64,000 nt of DNA from Azolla caroliniana (Eukaryota > Plantae > Polypodiophyta). The DNA is taken from positions 11,160,001-11,224,000 of the forward strand of contig JBHGNT010000001.1 in NCBI GenBank assembly GCA_043228905.1, written 5' to 3'. Made by a program: the position numbers and the translations under genes. This document shows, piece after piece, positions 1-12,103 of the stretch. The notes beneath the pieces were generated by a model, which saw only the letters and a list, made by a program, of their open reading frames with translations, searched no databases and was not told the DNA's origin. Every line of letters starts with the position of its first letter. The first letter of the stretch is position 1.

Positions 1-1061
1 GCCTTACATAGTGTTACTTAAAGCCATAGGAGTGTGGATAAGAAAGTGAGCTAATTAAGATATGTTTTTGAAGAGGGGATTCTTTGCAAAATGAGAAACA
101 CTTTACTTCAAATAAATTATTTTCTTATAACTCACCATTCAATTTAGAACATAAGGACAGTTGTTTCTTCATGCTGAAATACAGCATGAATAATAGTAAT
201 TACACTCTTTACACGTGTGTGCTCAGTGGAGAAGACTCTGAAAGCTCTATGTAGACATTTTGGTTGATGAAATAGGTTTAAACTGATGGCTATGTTTCTA
301 GAAGTTGAGCTCTTATTGTTATATTATCTTCTATTCATTATCAATAAACCAAGCACCAAAATGAGTGCCATTCTTTGTCACCAACAAGGAATTGAATTCT
401 TTATTCGGGAGTAATCTAGATTCATAGATGTAACAGTAAGTTGCAGTGAGCTCAAAATTTTCAGAACATATTTCTTTGTTTATGTATTTTCCAGTGGTGA
501 ATTTAAGGTAAGGTCAATTGGTGCTTTACCACCTTTGTGAAGCTCCCCAATACAGGTTCATGGCTCCATTCCAGAGATTTGCTGAATGATATTCATCATG
601 GAGCAAGATTTATCAGAATTAATCTAAAAAGAGGTTTGTTAAAACAAGCCACGTGTTTTTCATGCATCTTTTCAAAACAAATATGTTATCACGACTCCCT
701 TATATAACTTTTTACTTTTATGTTGGGCCTAACCTAAAGTGAGTTTAAAAGACAGAACATTATATAAGCACACCATTACACCCAATATGAGCTGGACTGA
801 CCTTTTCATTTTTACTATTTTCGTTAGTACTCTTTAACAATGAGAAATCTGACTCAGCTATACTATAATAACGTTTTCAAATCACAGAAAACAAGAGTAA
901 CCTACGACTACAATTCAAAAATAAGCAGGTTAGTAATTTCTGCATTTAGAAATTCATTTCTCGCATCTGACATCCCTAAATAAGGAATCACATGTGACAA
1001 GTTTTCAAGAATGAATAAGTTCATAAAGATAGAAACGTTTTACAAATAGAAAGAAGGTTAC

Positions 1062-2712
1062 CTGAGCTTTGCTCTTCCAGAGCATTTTCTTCTTCTCATC
1101 AACAGATTTGAAACCCCCAAGGTTTATGCTAACTAAAGGTCATCATCAAAGAAAAGTAAGAAACATGCCTTGATGATCAGATATCTAAGGAAAGTTTTCC
1201 ATTGGAAATTTGGAAGCAATAGCGCACAAACCTTGTTGTGCAGCTTTTAAAGCTGCTAATCTTGCTGCTTCTGGATCTGGGGTAACCATAGCTCCATCTG
1301 AGGATCCTGATTCCGGACCCCACTTTGATCCCTTAGCCAATTTTTCATCCACGGTTGAAGAAAATTTCTTGGACTCATCGAGATTGTCAGTTCCAAATGG
1401 CAGTCCTTGTACTGTGAAAGACTCTGATGCTAAACCAAATCTAGAAGAATTTGCTTTTGGTAGTTCACTTCTTTTGTCTCTCTCTTCTTTCTTTGTGCTA
1501 TCTTTACCTTGTATTGTCCTCTCTTTCAAATGGTCAGTTCCTTCATGTCGGCTTGGAGGGCTCTCATCATTTTTTCTCATTGTAGTATCTGATTTCTTCC
1601 CATGTCTCTCCCCCAACTCTTTGTATTCAGTATCCTTGTTTCTGTAATGATTGTCACTATCCTTCTCCTCATCTCTGCTTTTCCTCCGGCTCTCCAATTC
1701 TTTCTTGCACTTATCTCTTTCCATATTCTCAAAGTTCCGACCTTTTCCCTCACTATCATCCCCTATACCACTATTCTCCAATTTTTTTCCATATCGAGAT
1801 CTTTCAAGATCCACATCTGAAGCTTCATCTACTCTTTTCCCACCAGTTTTGTTCCTGCCCAAATGAGTTTCATGGTCTTTAGTCTTGTATCGATCTCGAA
1901 CATCACTTCTATCCTGCCTCTCTCTATCCTGCCTCTCTCTGTCTCTTTCACTTATGTGATTCTCTTTTCTTCTGTGCCTACTCTCCTCAGCACCTCTCTC
2001 TCTCACCCCTCTCTCAGGGCTGCGTTTTGAATACCTGCCATCATCATGCCGATAAGAATCAGCACGAGAATCTCTTGTACTGTGATAGCTTCGATCATAA
2101 TGACTAGTGTGCCTCCTGTTGTATCCATGGTCATAGTCATCAGACCTACGACTGGAATTTCGATAATCATCTGAACTCTTTCTATTGTTTCCTGTATCTC
2201 CTCTTACACCTTCACTCTCTGTATCAAATCGACGCTCCCTCTTCGATCCTCCATCCTCTTGGACAGCACGTGCTGGACTTCTATCACGTTTCCACCCACC
2301 TGTAACATATCAAAGGATGAACAAAACAATTAACACCCCTTCCTATAGCAACTTAAGACATACTAAAGGAGATAAAAACATACTTATATAGCCACCTTAG
2401 ATATGCCAAAGGAGATAATAGAACACATAAATTATATGGACACCTAAGACATACAAAAAGAAGATAATTAAAAACATATTATTATTATAGACATCTAAGA
2501 CATACAAACACAGGAGACGAATACATAAATACATATAAATATCACCACAAAATCAATGAGTTCTGAAACTGGTTTCATAGGGTACCTGGTGATGGAGGAC
2601 TTGGAGAACGAGAAGAAGATGGAGAGTGGCGCCTATAATTCCTCCGTGACACCTCATTAGCAGGTTTTCGAAAGGAATCCTTAGTTTCAGGAGAGCATGC
2701 TTCCATATCCAT
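1062..2712 (-). CDS. RSRC2: RS-rich RSRC2/SMAP-like protein, 5' part (coding exons 2712-2586, 2299-1232, 1132-1062; gene continues left of the window)
   Basis: ATG at 2712 gives MDMEACSPETKDSFRKPANEVSRRNYRRHSP. GT-AG junctions keep the frame through the R/D/E/S-rich exon into ...AARLAALKAAQQVSINLGGFKSVDEKKKMLW, which resembles the plant RSRC2-like motif preceding the SMAP domain. Family assignment is from recall. Confidence 0.8.
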
Positions 2713-2752
2713 TTGCTGGGACTCTATGCTTCAAATGTAGAGCATAAAACAC

Positions 2753-4260
2753 CTGTTGCAGACAACAGTTTCAAGCATTCTAAAGATATGCATAGAAATG
2801 CTGAGGGCTGAAAAGTTACGCTGAAAATAGAAATCCGAGATGAAAATCAGTTCTCTTCCATTTTTAAAATTTCATATCTCATACGATCATTCTGGTTCGT
2901 GTATAGATTATAACATACCTGTGTACAGTATTCCTAAGATCTGAAAAGTTAAAACAGAATGCTCGTCTGTTTCGTTTTTCAACATTTATATCTGACGATC
3001 ATTCTGCTTCAAATATAGATCATAACAGACCTGTATACAGAATCCCTAAGATCTGAAAGTAAAACAGACTGCTAGTCTGTTTCGTTTTTCAACAATGGTT
3101 CAACTTCAAATGTACAAACATAAAAAGCCTATGCTCGCCCATGATTCAATAAAAGAAACAGACTTTTGTGATTAAGGAAATTCCAAATGGTTCTCTTCCT
3201 TTATACTCAGGATACAATTTGAGATATCCTTAAAATTGAAGAAACAGAATTCTGTGATTAAGAAAACACAGAAGATTCTCGTTCTTATACTCAGGGTATA
3301 ATTTGAAGTACTCTAAATTTGAAGAAACACAATTCTGTGATTAAGGAAACACAAGGGGTTTGCTTTCTTTATATTCAAGATACAACTGTGAAAACAGAAA
3401 GAGAACACAAAAGGCTCTCTTTCTGTTTTCACAATTTCATGTCTAAGACCAAGGTTTTGCTTCAAATCTAGTGCATAAAAACCTGTTCCATTCTCTTCTT
3501 CAAGATTCGTGTCTGGGAACATGGTTCTGCTTCAAACCAAAAATTAATAACAAAAAACTTTTCTTGGGACAAGATTCAAGCACCTCTGAGATCAGCAACG
3601 AAAAGCCTGAGAACGGATTAAAACAGGATTTTGAGATAAGAGAAGGACGTTTCTCTTTGTTTTTCAAGATTTAATGCCCAAGGCAGCGGATCTTGCTGTT
3701 ACAAGAAAACTAGGGCTTTGCAAAGAAGCATTTGCTGTTCACGTGAAAAAGACAGAAGCTAAGGTTTGAAACATATAGTTCCTGATTGATAGAAGAGAAT
3801 AGGCTAAACCTAGGGTTTCGCAAACAGCAAACGTACATATATACTTCTTCCTGTTTAGAATAAAATCAAACAAACACTAATTTTTGAGCATACGTAATTC
3901 TTTCTGTTTATAAAGGGACAGGCGAAAGCTAGGATCATGATTTTTCTGCTTACGACAAAAACAAAACAAGAAGGTAGATTTTTTTACAAATATATATATA
4001 TATATATATATATACAGAGAGTAAATCCATGGAGGAGCGAATGAGATGGGAGACCAAACAAACCTGGGATGAAGAAAAAACCTGCAATGGATCGATGCAC
4101 AGGAAATTGTAGTGGATGCCAAATGGAAATAAAGCAGTCTCTTGTATTTTCTTTTCTTTTCTTTTTTTCTTCCACCCTTCTGTTGCTTCTACCTTCCTTT
4201 CGTTCGTTCGTTCTTCTTCTTTTCTTCGTCCTTCCGTCTGTCTATCGGCCTCTGTCTCTG
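2753..4260 (-). promoter_or_regulatory. 5'UTR intron, untranslated leader and promoter region of the RSRC2-like gene, with telo-box
   Basis: Splice acceptor at about 2753 lies upstream of the ATG. Telo-box AAACCCTA on the - strand at 3811-3818, a (TA)n tract at about 3990-4013 and degenerate 90-110 bp repeats at 2880-3400. The TSS position is inferred. Confidence 0.45.
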
Positions 4261-4439
4261 TGTGTGTCGTCTAGGTATTCATTTAGATTTCTTCTTCAGA
4301 AAAAGGCTTTGAACCATATGTTTTATGTTTTTTTGGTTCACGCATTTGTGTTAATTTGTGTTGTTCTCACAAACACACATACACATTATTTACATGTAGA
4401 CAGATAGATAGCTCCTTACTGACTACTACCAAAAATTTG

Positions 4440-6300
4440 AGAGGGCAAGTGAGGGAATCGCAGGCGCGGACAGTGCAGGTCGCACCGTTGATGGCGCCTG
4501 CGATCTCCACCGTCCAATGTGGATAAAAAGCTGACAACGATTGTCACCAGGAGCCCGACTCTTGGACAGCCTCTGTCACCAAGAGCCCGACTCTCTCACA
4601 AGGAACCCCATTGTTCGACAGCCTCTGTAACTAGGAGCCCGACTCTGTCACAAGGAGCTCTGTTGTCTGACCGCCTCTGTAACTAGGGGCCCGAATCTGT
4701 CAAAAGCAACCCCATTGTCTGACAACCTCTGTCACCAGGAGCCCGACTTAGAAATAAACATCAAAAACTCCAAAATTTTGTTAAGTGTACAACAATAATT
4801 TGCCATGAAAACGATGCATAAAATTACTTAGAAAATCCTAAACTTCCAATTGCTCAAAACCTAAAACTTAAAACTCAAAAATCACACAAACTTATATCTC
4901 CAAGCTTCAAATAACAAATCAACTTAAAGATTCAAATAACCAGTCTTACATAAAAGATAAGAACGTCAAATGTTGACAGTGGGAATAATCCAAGCCTTGG
5001 AACCCTGAAATGCAATATGAATACACACGTTACATATAACAATTATGGCTCATGTCAGGATGATGGAAAAATGCAACCACAATTTTTACAACATGTAACA
5101 ATCAAGTCCCTTGAAGTCAAGGTCAAGCCATCACAACGCAAACACCAAACCTTCTCATGGTCACATATTGGCAATTGCCTCCTAGCCTGACTTGCACCTC
5201 TTTGTAGTTTTTGAGTGTGGGATTTGGAAATGTTTGGGAAGCTGCCAATAAGTTATTGCGAGATGTCTATTGTTGTGCTTCTTTTGGCACCGATTTGTTG
5301 GTTACAACTTATTGATCTGCCATCTTCTTCGTTGGTTGATTATGGACGCGATACACCTTCTCAATCATATCTTCTAGTGTTTGTATACATTCCAAAATAG
5401 TTGCACGGTCAAAGGTTCCTAACCCTTGCTTGAGACATTGAAGTGCTTCCTCGATCGTTTGTATTTTGGACTTCAATGATTCAATCTCTAATGTTGTGGG
5501 GTTTATCTCCTCGACACGTTCTACCTCTATCTCCACTTCTATTTCTGTATTATGGACCATTCGCATTTGGGTCGTGTGATCTATAAAAGGCAACGAGCCA
5601 CATAAATGTGGCATATGCCTCTCAATAATCATTCGGATACCGAGTAAATTCTTACATTTACTCACAAGGTCTTGGCAATCACAATATGAGCATTGGAGTG
5701 AGACATTATACCATAGAGTGGGAGTCGTCCTACTAAAGATTCTAAACCAATATTGTGCCTCCTCCACAATATGCATTGTGGAAGTATCGTCAACATACCT
5801 TTCCATATATTCTCTCGGTCGCTTTAAGTCGGGACCTTTCATCCCTACAATTTGCATGGGGTGCAAATCGACCACTCACATATTTCTTGTTGTTGCTTGT
5901 ACCACTCTATGATCGTTCCTACAATGCAAGTGCCAATTTCACTATCCCCGATTAAGACATGCTCAATGTCAGTAATTGATCGGTTTATTCTTCCTCTCAA
6001 GGCGGTATTCTTGATAAACTGCTAACGTCTTTCCACAATATTGGTAGTGTCAACATGTCCGTAGTTGAACATTCTACCAAACTTGGACAAGAGTTTCCTC
6101 CACACACATGTCAAACCACACCTATTGTCTCTTCTTTAGAGATACAGCTTTGATTACTCCATGGGTAATCGGGTCAAGGAATCATGGTTACGTAGGAAGG
6201 AAAGATAGTTTGAACAAGCCCACTTACTATGAAACTGGCCGGCCACAACCAGACTTATGGTTTAAGACTCAGACAGAATGAGCACAAAGATTACTTAATT
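4440..6300 (-). mobile_element. Degenerate Mutator-like (MULE/SWIM) DNA transposon, 3' half, with subterminal tandem repeats
   Basis: Minus-strand HVDTTNIVERR*QFIK...LRGRINR at about 6070-5980 resembles the MULE TNNxxE motif. ORF 5309-5875 contains SWIM-like YCDCQD..SKCKNLL. Repeats of about 30 bp (ctctgtcaccaggagcccgact) at 4540-4750. Confidence 0.55.
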
Positions 6301-6330
6301 GACACCAAAAGATTGACCCAACAAAGTATG

Positions 6331-6672
6331 TATTATAGCTTTACTACCACAAAGTATGAGTACACGGCTCACGACCGGCCTACGATATAAGTCCTCTCTC
6401 TTATACAACATATACAGATCTCTCCCTCTATGCCGCGCACCACCGTCCTGTTGTTGTTGCTTGCTTTCCATAGTTTATGTTTCCTCTCGGCACGCTCTAA
6501 CCACTCCTCCCATTTTCAGCCTCCATTCTCAGTTGCACGTATTTCGTTTATCTACCCCCCTTCATGCTCTATCGATACTCCTTTTCACCTACTTTACCTA
6601 CTCGTTTCTTTAGATTCATTTCACACTTCGTGCCCTTTGTCCCACGGATAACACCTGGCACGCCCATGGGGC
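6331..6672 (+). mobile_element. LTR (6331-6653) plus Tat-type PBS
   Basis: Ends ...ggataaCA, then cc and TGGCACGCCCATGGGGC, similar to the TGGCACGCC-type PBS of Tat/Retand Gypsy elements. TATA-like motif at about 6386. Confidence 0.6.
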
Positions 6673-6775
6673 AGTGCCTTGCATGTCGAACCCCAAACCA
6701 AAACATCCAAAATAGAGATTGAAAAGAATAAACATTCGAAATGTGATGTAGCCAAAAAACTTTGCTCGGGTAGCC

Positions 6776-8330
6776 TCATTCTTCTTCCAAAATTGCGAGA
6801 ATTTCCTCTAATTGTGACTTTGTCATTGTTGGAGGTGGCTCTTCATCCGTGAGCTCGTTGGCGTGTAACTCGAATGATATATCCAGTTGTTGGTTTTGAG
6901 TCTTCTTCCTAGATTTTGGAATCGTTGCCTCCGGATGTGGTTCGGTGATCGGTGCATCCACTTGCTCAGTTTCTACTCTCAGTCGTGGTTCTTCTTATTC
7001 TTTCAGTGCCTATGCGGCTTCCTCGATTATACTGCGTTGATGCATGTGCGACGACTTCTGCTTCCTTTTCAGTGAGGAGGCAATCGCGTTTATACGCTTC
7101 TGCATCCAGTCTTAGCAACATGTGATCGTCGTTGAATTCCTCAAGGAGGTGTTCGATTGTTGTGGTGTGCGTTTGTGCCAGGGCATGGAATTCCTCAATG
7201 GGGTCTTCGCGGAGGATTTGGATGCTATTTTCATCCATTTTGTAGAAATTGCGGCCTTCTTTTCACTGATTTTTGGCGTTTGCTCGGAAGACATGTAATT
7301 CAGTTGCTTGAGCTAACCATTCAGTCCAGCCGCTAATCAGTGTCTCCTCGACTTTTAGTTGTATCCCGTGTTTGGCCACTATGGCTTTGATTCGTTCTTC
7401 GCCCATTTCATATTTGGCTCGGAGGAGGTTCAAATCGGCTTGAGCTTTCGTCGCATCTCGTTCGAACTTGGCTTTGAGGATCGCACATGATGTTGTAACA
7501 TTAGTGAGTTGGGCCTCTAGCTTCTGCGTATGCATGTCTTAGCGTCGAAGAAGTCGATCCGAATTATCGACTAACTCCTGCGTTTAATGGTGTTGTTGTC
7601 GTTTGAGTTATAGGGTCGTGGAGATTTGCAACTAGTGAAGGGATTCCACAAATGTTGTTCGCTACTCCTCGGTTTCGTATAACTGCTGAAGGAACCGACT
7701 TGAGCGGATCTGGAGTTCCAAAAGTTCACTTTTCAAGGAGTCAAATTCTACGGCGTGTTGGCGAGATGCCCGTTGATGTTTTTCCTCCCCTTCCGCTAAC
7801 TTTGTGGTTGCCAAGTCCTGCGCAACCTTAAGAAACATGGCGAAGTCCTTTTTTATGACCTCGAGTTGGGTCATCCGTGCATCTAGCAACTCTTGGAGTT
7901 CGGCCTCGCGCTTTGTGGCATGTGCCCGGAGTTGGGTTGCTTCCTTTGCGACCGTTTCGTATCATGCCTTGGCCTTCTCGGCAATCGTCATTTGGGCCGC
8001 GAGCTCCATGTCGTAGTTATAGGTTGGGACCACGATCGTTAACGTGGCCATTGCCGAGTCAGATAGTTCTTTCGTCGGGGTGTTGTAGTGGGGTGGGGAG
8101 GGTAAAGCACAACTAAGTAATGTGCTAACGCAGGCAAGAACCATTTTCTTGCTTGAAAAGCCGTCAAGGCGGCACAAACTCTGTCCCTGATGATGATGCC
8201 CCAATCGATGGCATTGCCTCTGTAGGCGGTGATTATGATGCTTGCCTTTTTCTATGGCATGTTATACGAGTTAGCGTGTACGTGTTACTCCTGGGCCGGA
8301 CTTGCCTCTGACACAAGGTGTCCCTTCGAA
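6776..8330 (-). pseudogene. Disrupted antisense coiled-coil extra ORF of a Tat-like retroelement
   Basis: ORF fragments 7962-8204, 7662-7889, 7263-7535 and 6966-7238 share one frame and are separated by stops. The product is heptad-rich in E/K/A/L/Q and converges on the PBS. Confidence 0.55.
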
Positions 8331-8689
8331 ACAATTCGCCAAAGGGTGGTTACGGTAAGGGATTCAACACTAACAACCATAACCAGTTATCTTCTAGTTC
8401 GGTATCTAGATTCACAACACTCATCAATTACATGCATAAGATCCATACATTGAGTGCAGAATAGAATAGGAACATAAAGATCCCCAAGATACAATAACAA
8501 AACTTCCTTATATTAATATTTCGTCATCTAAATACATCGATACCTGGATCCTTTTATATGCATCCAATTCTATGTTAAAAGACGGTGCCTAACCAGCAAC
8601 CGGCTATGAATCGGTCTTGATCCGGATCAACATACCTATTCCGGATCTGTTCATTCCTATAACTAATATTATTATTATATATCTGGAAA

Positions 8690-8935
8690 CCGGCTCACCT
8701 CTTCCTCATTACATACTTGGCCGCCAACGACCAACACATGGCACGCCGGTGGGACAGTACCTTGTACGTTGAACCCACAAGTTAGCTCCACTACTCCTCA
8801 TCAAGTATGTCTAAAATACTCTAGTCAAGGAGTTCGAGGGGTTCCTCACTTTGTTGCTCCCGCTCTAGCTCTTGTTGGTCCCGTTGGTCCTTTCCATTTC
8901 CAACATTTCCGCTGTCGTGTGGTTCTTCACACATG
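8690..8935 (+). mobile_element. Second Tat-like LTR end plus PBS and start of internal region
   Basis: ...ccaaCA ca TGGCACGCCGGTGGGAC at 8739, followed by agtaccttgtacgttgaaccc, which is homologous to the sequence after the 6656 PBS. Confidence 0.55.
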
Positions 8936-9252
8936 ATATGAAAACTAGTAAAATAATTATTTAATATTAGCTTAATGGGTTGATATGGAAAGATGGACGT
9001 CTTCAAAAGCTTTCTGAACACATTTTACGACACATGAAACAGACAACTAAGTATCAAGTTATGTAAGTATAAAGTTTGAGAAGATTAAGAAAACAAAACT
9101 AGGAGATATCCCACATAGATAGGACAACAATAGATCCCCCATTATATAAGGAAAGCCATAACTTGTTACTATATGTCTATGTGTGGAGCACAAAATGTTC
9201 AATGTGAATTTAGCTGAACTGTGTGGATAAGTGGCTTGGATGACTTTGGGTT

Positions 9253-9630
9253 GTGGCTATATTGGTCACGTGCATGATTCGGACAGTTCAGACGAATGGG
9301 CGCACGCACATGTGTGTGGACGTTTTAGACGGATTCACAGCTTGGCGGCTCAATAATGGGTGCACGGCTCGGTGGGTCGGTCGGGACAACGCACGAGTCT
9401 GTTGGGACACAAGTACGAATCATGCACGGGCTGAACTTATGTTGGATCATGTTGAATGACGTTGGATCGTGGCTATATTGGTCACGTGCACGATTCAGAC
9501 GGTTCGGACGAATGCGCGCGCGCACAGGGGCATGGATGTTTCGGACGGACTCACAGCTTGGCGGCTCAATAACAAATGTTTCGAAAGGGACGCACGGCTC
9601 GGTGGGTCGGTCATGAAGCACGGCTCGGGA
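9253..9630. repeat. Direct duplication of about 216 bp
   Basis: gtggctatattggtcacgtgca...gcacggctcggtgggtcggtc starts at both 9253 and 9469. Confidence 0.85.
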
Positions 9631-9710
9631 CGAGGAACTCCGTATATGTTCCACTCTTTTTTTCTCTAGTTTTTTTTTTCTCTTCTCCTCTCTCCCATTC
9701 ATTGGGGACA

Positions 9711-9980
9711 AATAATCTCTCATATTGATATCAGACCACTCCTTACATGGTTGTTGGCTCCTTTCTTCCGAGAATAATCTCTCATATTGATATCGAACCA
9801 CTCCTTACATGGTTGTTGGCTCCTTTCTTCGAAGAATAATCTCTCATATTGATATCAGACCACTCCTTATTTGGTTGTTGGCCCTTTCTTTGAAAAATAA
9901 TCTCTCATATTCATATCAGACCACTCCTTACATGGTTGTTGGCTCCTTTCTTTCAAGAATGATCTTTGATATTCATATCC
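9711..9980. repeat. Tandem array, unit about 62 bp, about 4.3 copies
   Basis: aataatctctcatattgatatcagaccactccttacatggttgttggctcctttctt... at 9711, 9773, 9835 and 9896. Confidence 0.9.
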
Positions 9981-9987
9981 AATCCGT

Positions 9988-12103
9988 TGTAACGTGATTC
10001 TAGAATTATAAAGAATCTATTTTCTTTTGCAAGCAACGAACGTTTTCTCCCACCTACTTGTCTTATGTTTAAATATTGCTTGTGTTGTACATGTGAGCAC
10101 TAATTCCTTCCAGTCCATAACCCCGACGGTTCCACCTCACAATACGCTCATAGTGATGGATTTTCACGACACCATCTTCTCCGGTTCTTTCCGCTCCCAA
10201 CTCTTCTTCTTCTTCCGGCTGCTCCCGTCTGGTTTCTACTGGTTGTTCCAATCCGGCTTCGTAATAGCCAAACCATGTTCTGCAAACATTGGTGCAACCA
10301 AGCGATGTCGGTCCACTTGACCTTTATATTGGTTGCCAATGACACGGAGCTCTAGGGAGAGGTCACTATGAACATCGTGTAAAGTGCGGGCACGCGTCTC
10401 TGCCGAAGGATTGACTAAAGTTGCAAGTATGGAAACGTTGAAACAATGGTGAAATCCATAGTTTGCAAAGAAGGGGGAGCACTTAGTCAAAGCATGGATA
10501 CTATTATTGTAGGCAAATTTTGGCATTGCAAGGAAGTCCACCCAATCCTCTTGTTGGTAGCTCATGGTACATCAGAGGTATTGTTTGAGGATTTGGTTGA
10601 CTTGTTTGGTTTGTCCATCAGTTTGAGGATGGTATGTTGATGACAAGTTTATAAAAGTCCTGAATGTCTGCAGAAGTTGTTGCCAAAAGTGGGAAATGAA
10701 TTGAGAACCTCGATCAGAGGTGATATCCTCGGGTAAGCCATGTAATCAGACAACATTTTTAAGAAAAAGTTTAGTTGTCTCTTCTCCGGGAATGGTTTTG
10801 GAACATTGGACAAAGTGAGCCATCATCGAAAACCGATCGACAATTACGAGCACCGTGTCATGGTCACCGACTAGAGGGAAGTCCGTTATAAAGTCCATGG
10901 ATAGAGAGGCCTATGGTCTACTTGGAATTGGGAGCGGGTGGAGAAGGCTGTATGGCCGATGGTGAGCCATTTTGGACCGAGCACATACATCACATGTCTT
11001 GATAGATTCCTTAACAAATTTCCAAGGTTGGGGCCACCAAAACCCTCGAGATAACAACTCCATGGTTTTTGTGACCCCAAAGTGGTCGGCAAGAGGATCA
11101 TCATGACAATTTTGCAATACTCGTGCACGACACGATACTTCGGGAATGTACAAGAGATGATTACGATATAGGAACCCATCCCCGGTTGTAAATTGGTTGA
11201 GATATGAGCTTTTCATGTCTGGGGATGGGTCATTGATGCGGGCCATGATGTCTTTGGCGAATGGATCTGACAATGTTGCCGTGGCGATCTCGTTGAGCAA
11301 AGAATCATCATGCAACATGCAAGTGGCGAACATCTGAAGTTGATCGGGCCTCAACAAACAATGAGATTGTTGAGAATATGCGTCATCCCATGGGTGTAAT
11401 GCCAAATCAGGTCGCCGAGAGAGGGCATCAACTTTCCCATGTTGAACTCCGGATTGAAACAAGATCTTGAAGTCAGCGAGAAAAAATCACCATCGGGCTT
11501 GCCTCCAATTCAATGTACGATTGGTGATGAAGTAAATTAGATTTTTTTGGTCGATCAACACCTAGATACGATGTTGGGCCCCTACAAAATAGGGTCGCCA
11601 TTCGGCGAAGGCAAAAATGATTGTTGCAAGCTCATTGTCATAGACCAGATAATTGATTTCCAAGTTGTAAACTTCCAAGAGTAGAAGGCAACATGATGTA
11701 GTGTGCCCTCGTTGTCTGGTTGGGATAGGACATCTCCAATGGCAAAGTCGGAGGCATTGATTTCAACTTGGAAGGGCCTTGTGGGGTCGGGGTGGACCAA
11801 CACTGGGGTTGTGAGAAAAGCTGCCTTCACGGCATCAAAAGCACTTTGTATAAGGATGATTAAAGGTTACACTACAGAGGAAAAACCATTAATAAATCGT
11901 CGATAGAAATTTGCAAAACCAAGAAATGATTGTACCTCTTTCAACCGAGTAGGGACATGCCAATCGGTGATTGCCGCTACCTTGTGTGCATCCATTGTGA
12001 TCTCAGAGAGTGAAATCATGTAGCCTAGGAATTCGACAAAGGTCCGATCGAACACACATTTCTCACTTTTGGTGTAAAGCCCATGTTCTCGAAGTTTGGA
12101 TAG
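9988..12103 (-). mobile_element. Truncated chromovirus-type (Tcn1/Tf2-like) Ty3/Gypsy: RT-RH-INT pseudogene, PPT and short 3' LTR (9988-10171)
   Basis: RT FLGYMIS...VQSFLGFANFYRRFI, RH ASDFAIGDVLSQ, INT HFGVTKT...CDVCARSK and FAYNNSIH. PPT GGAGAAGATGG abuts a TG...CA LTR. Many stops and frameshifts. Confidence 0.85.

Noticed and set aside
801-848. Possible poison cassette exon (- strand, AG...GT bounded, early TAA) in the RSRC2-like intron
   Set aside because: Such splice-like motifs arise by chance in AT-rich introns, and there is no transcript evidence.
9711-9980. Regularly spaced repeats resembling a CRISPR array
   Set aside because: Units are contiguous with no unique spacers, there are no cas genes, and the context is eukaryotic.
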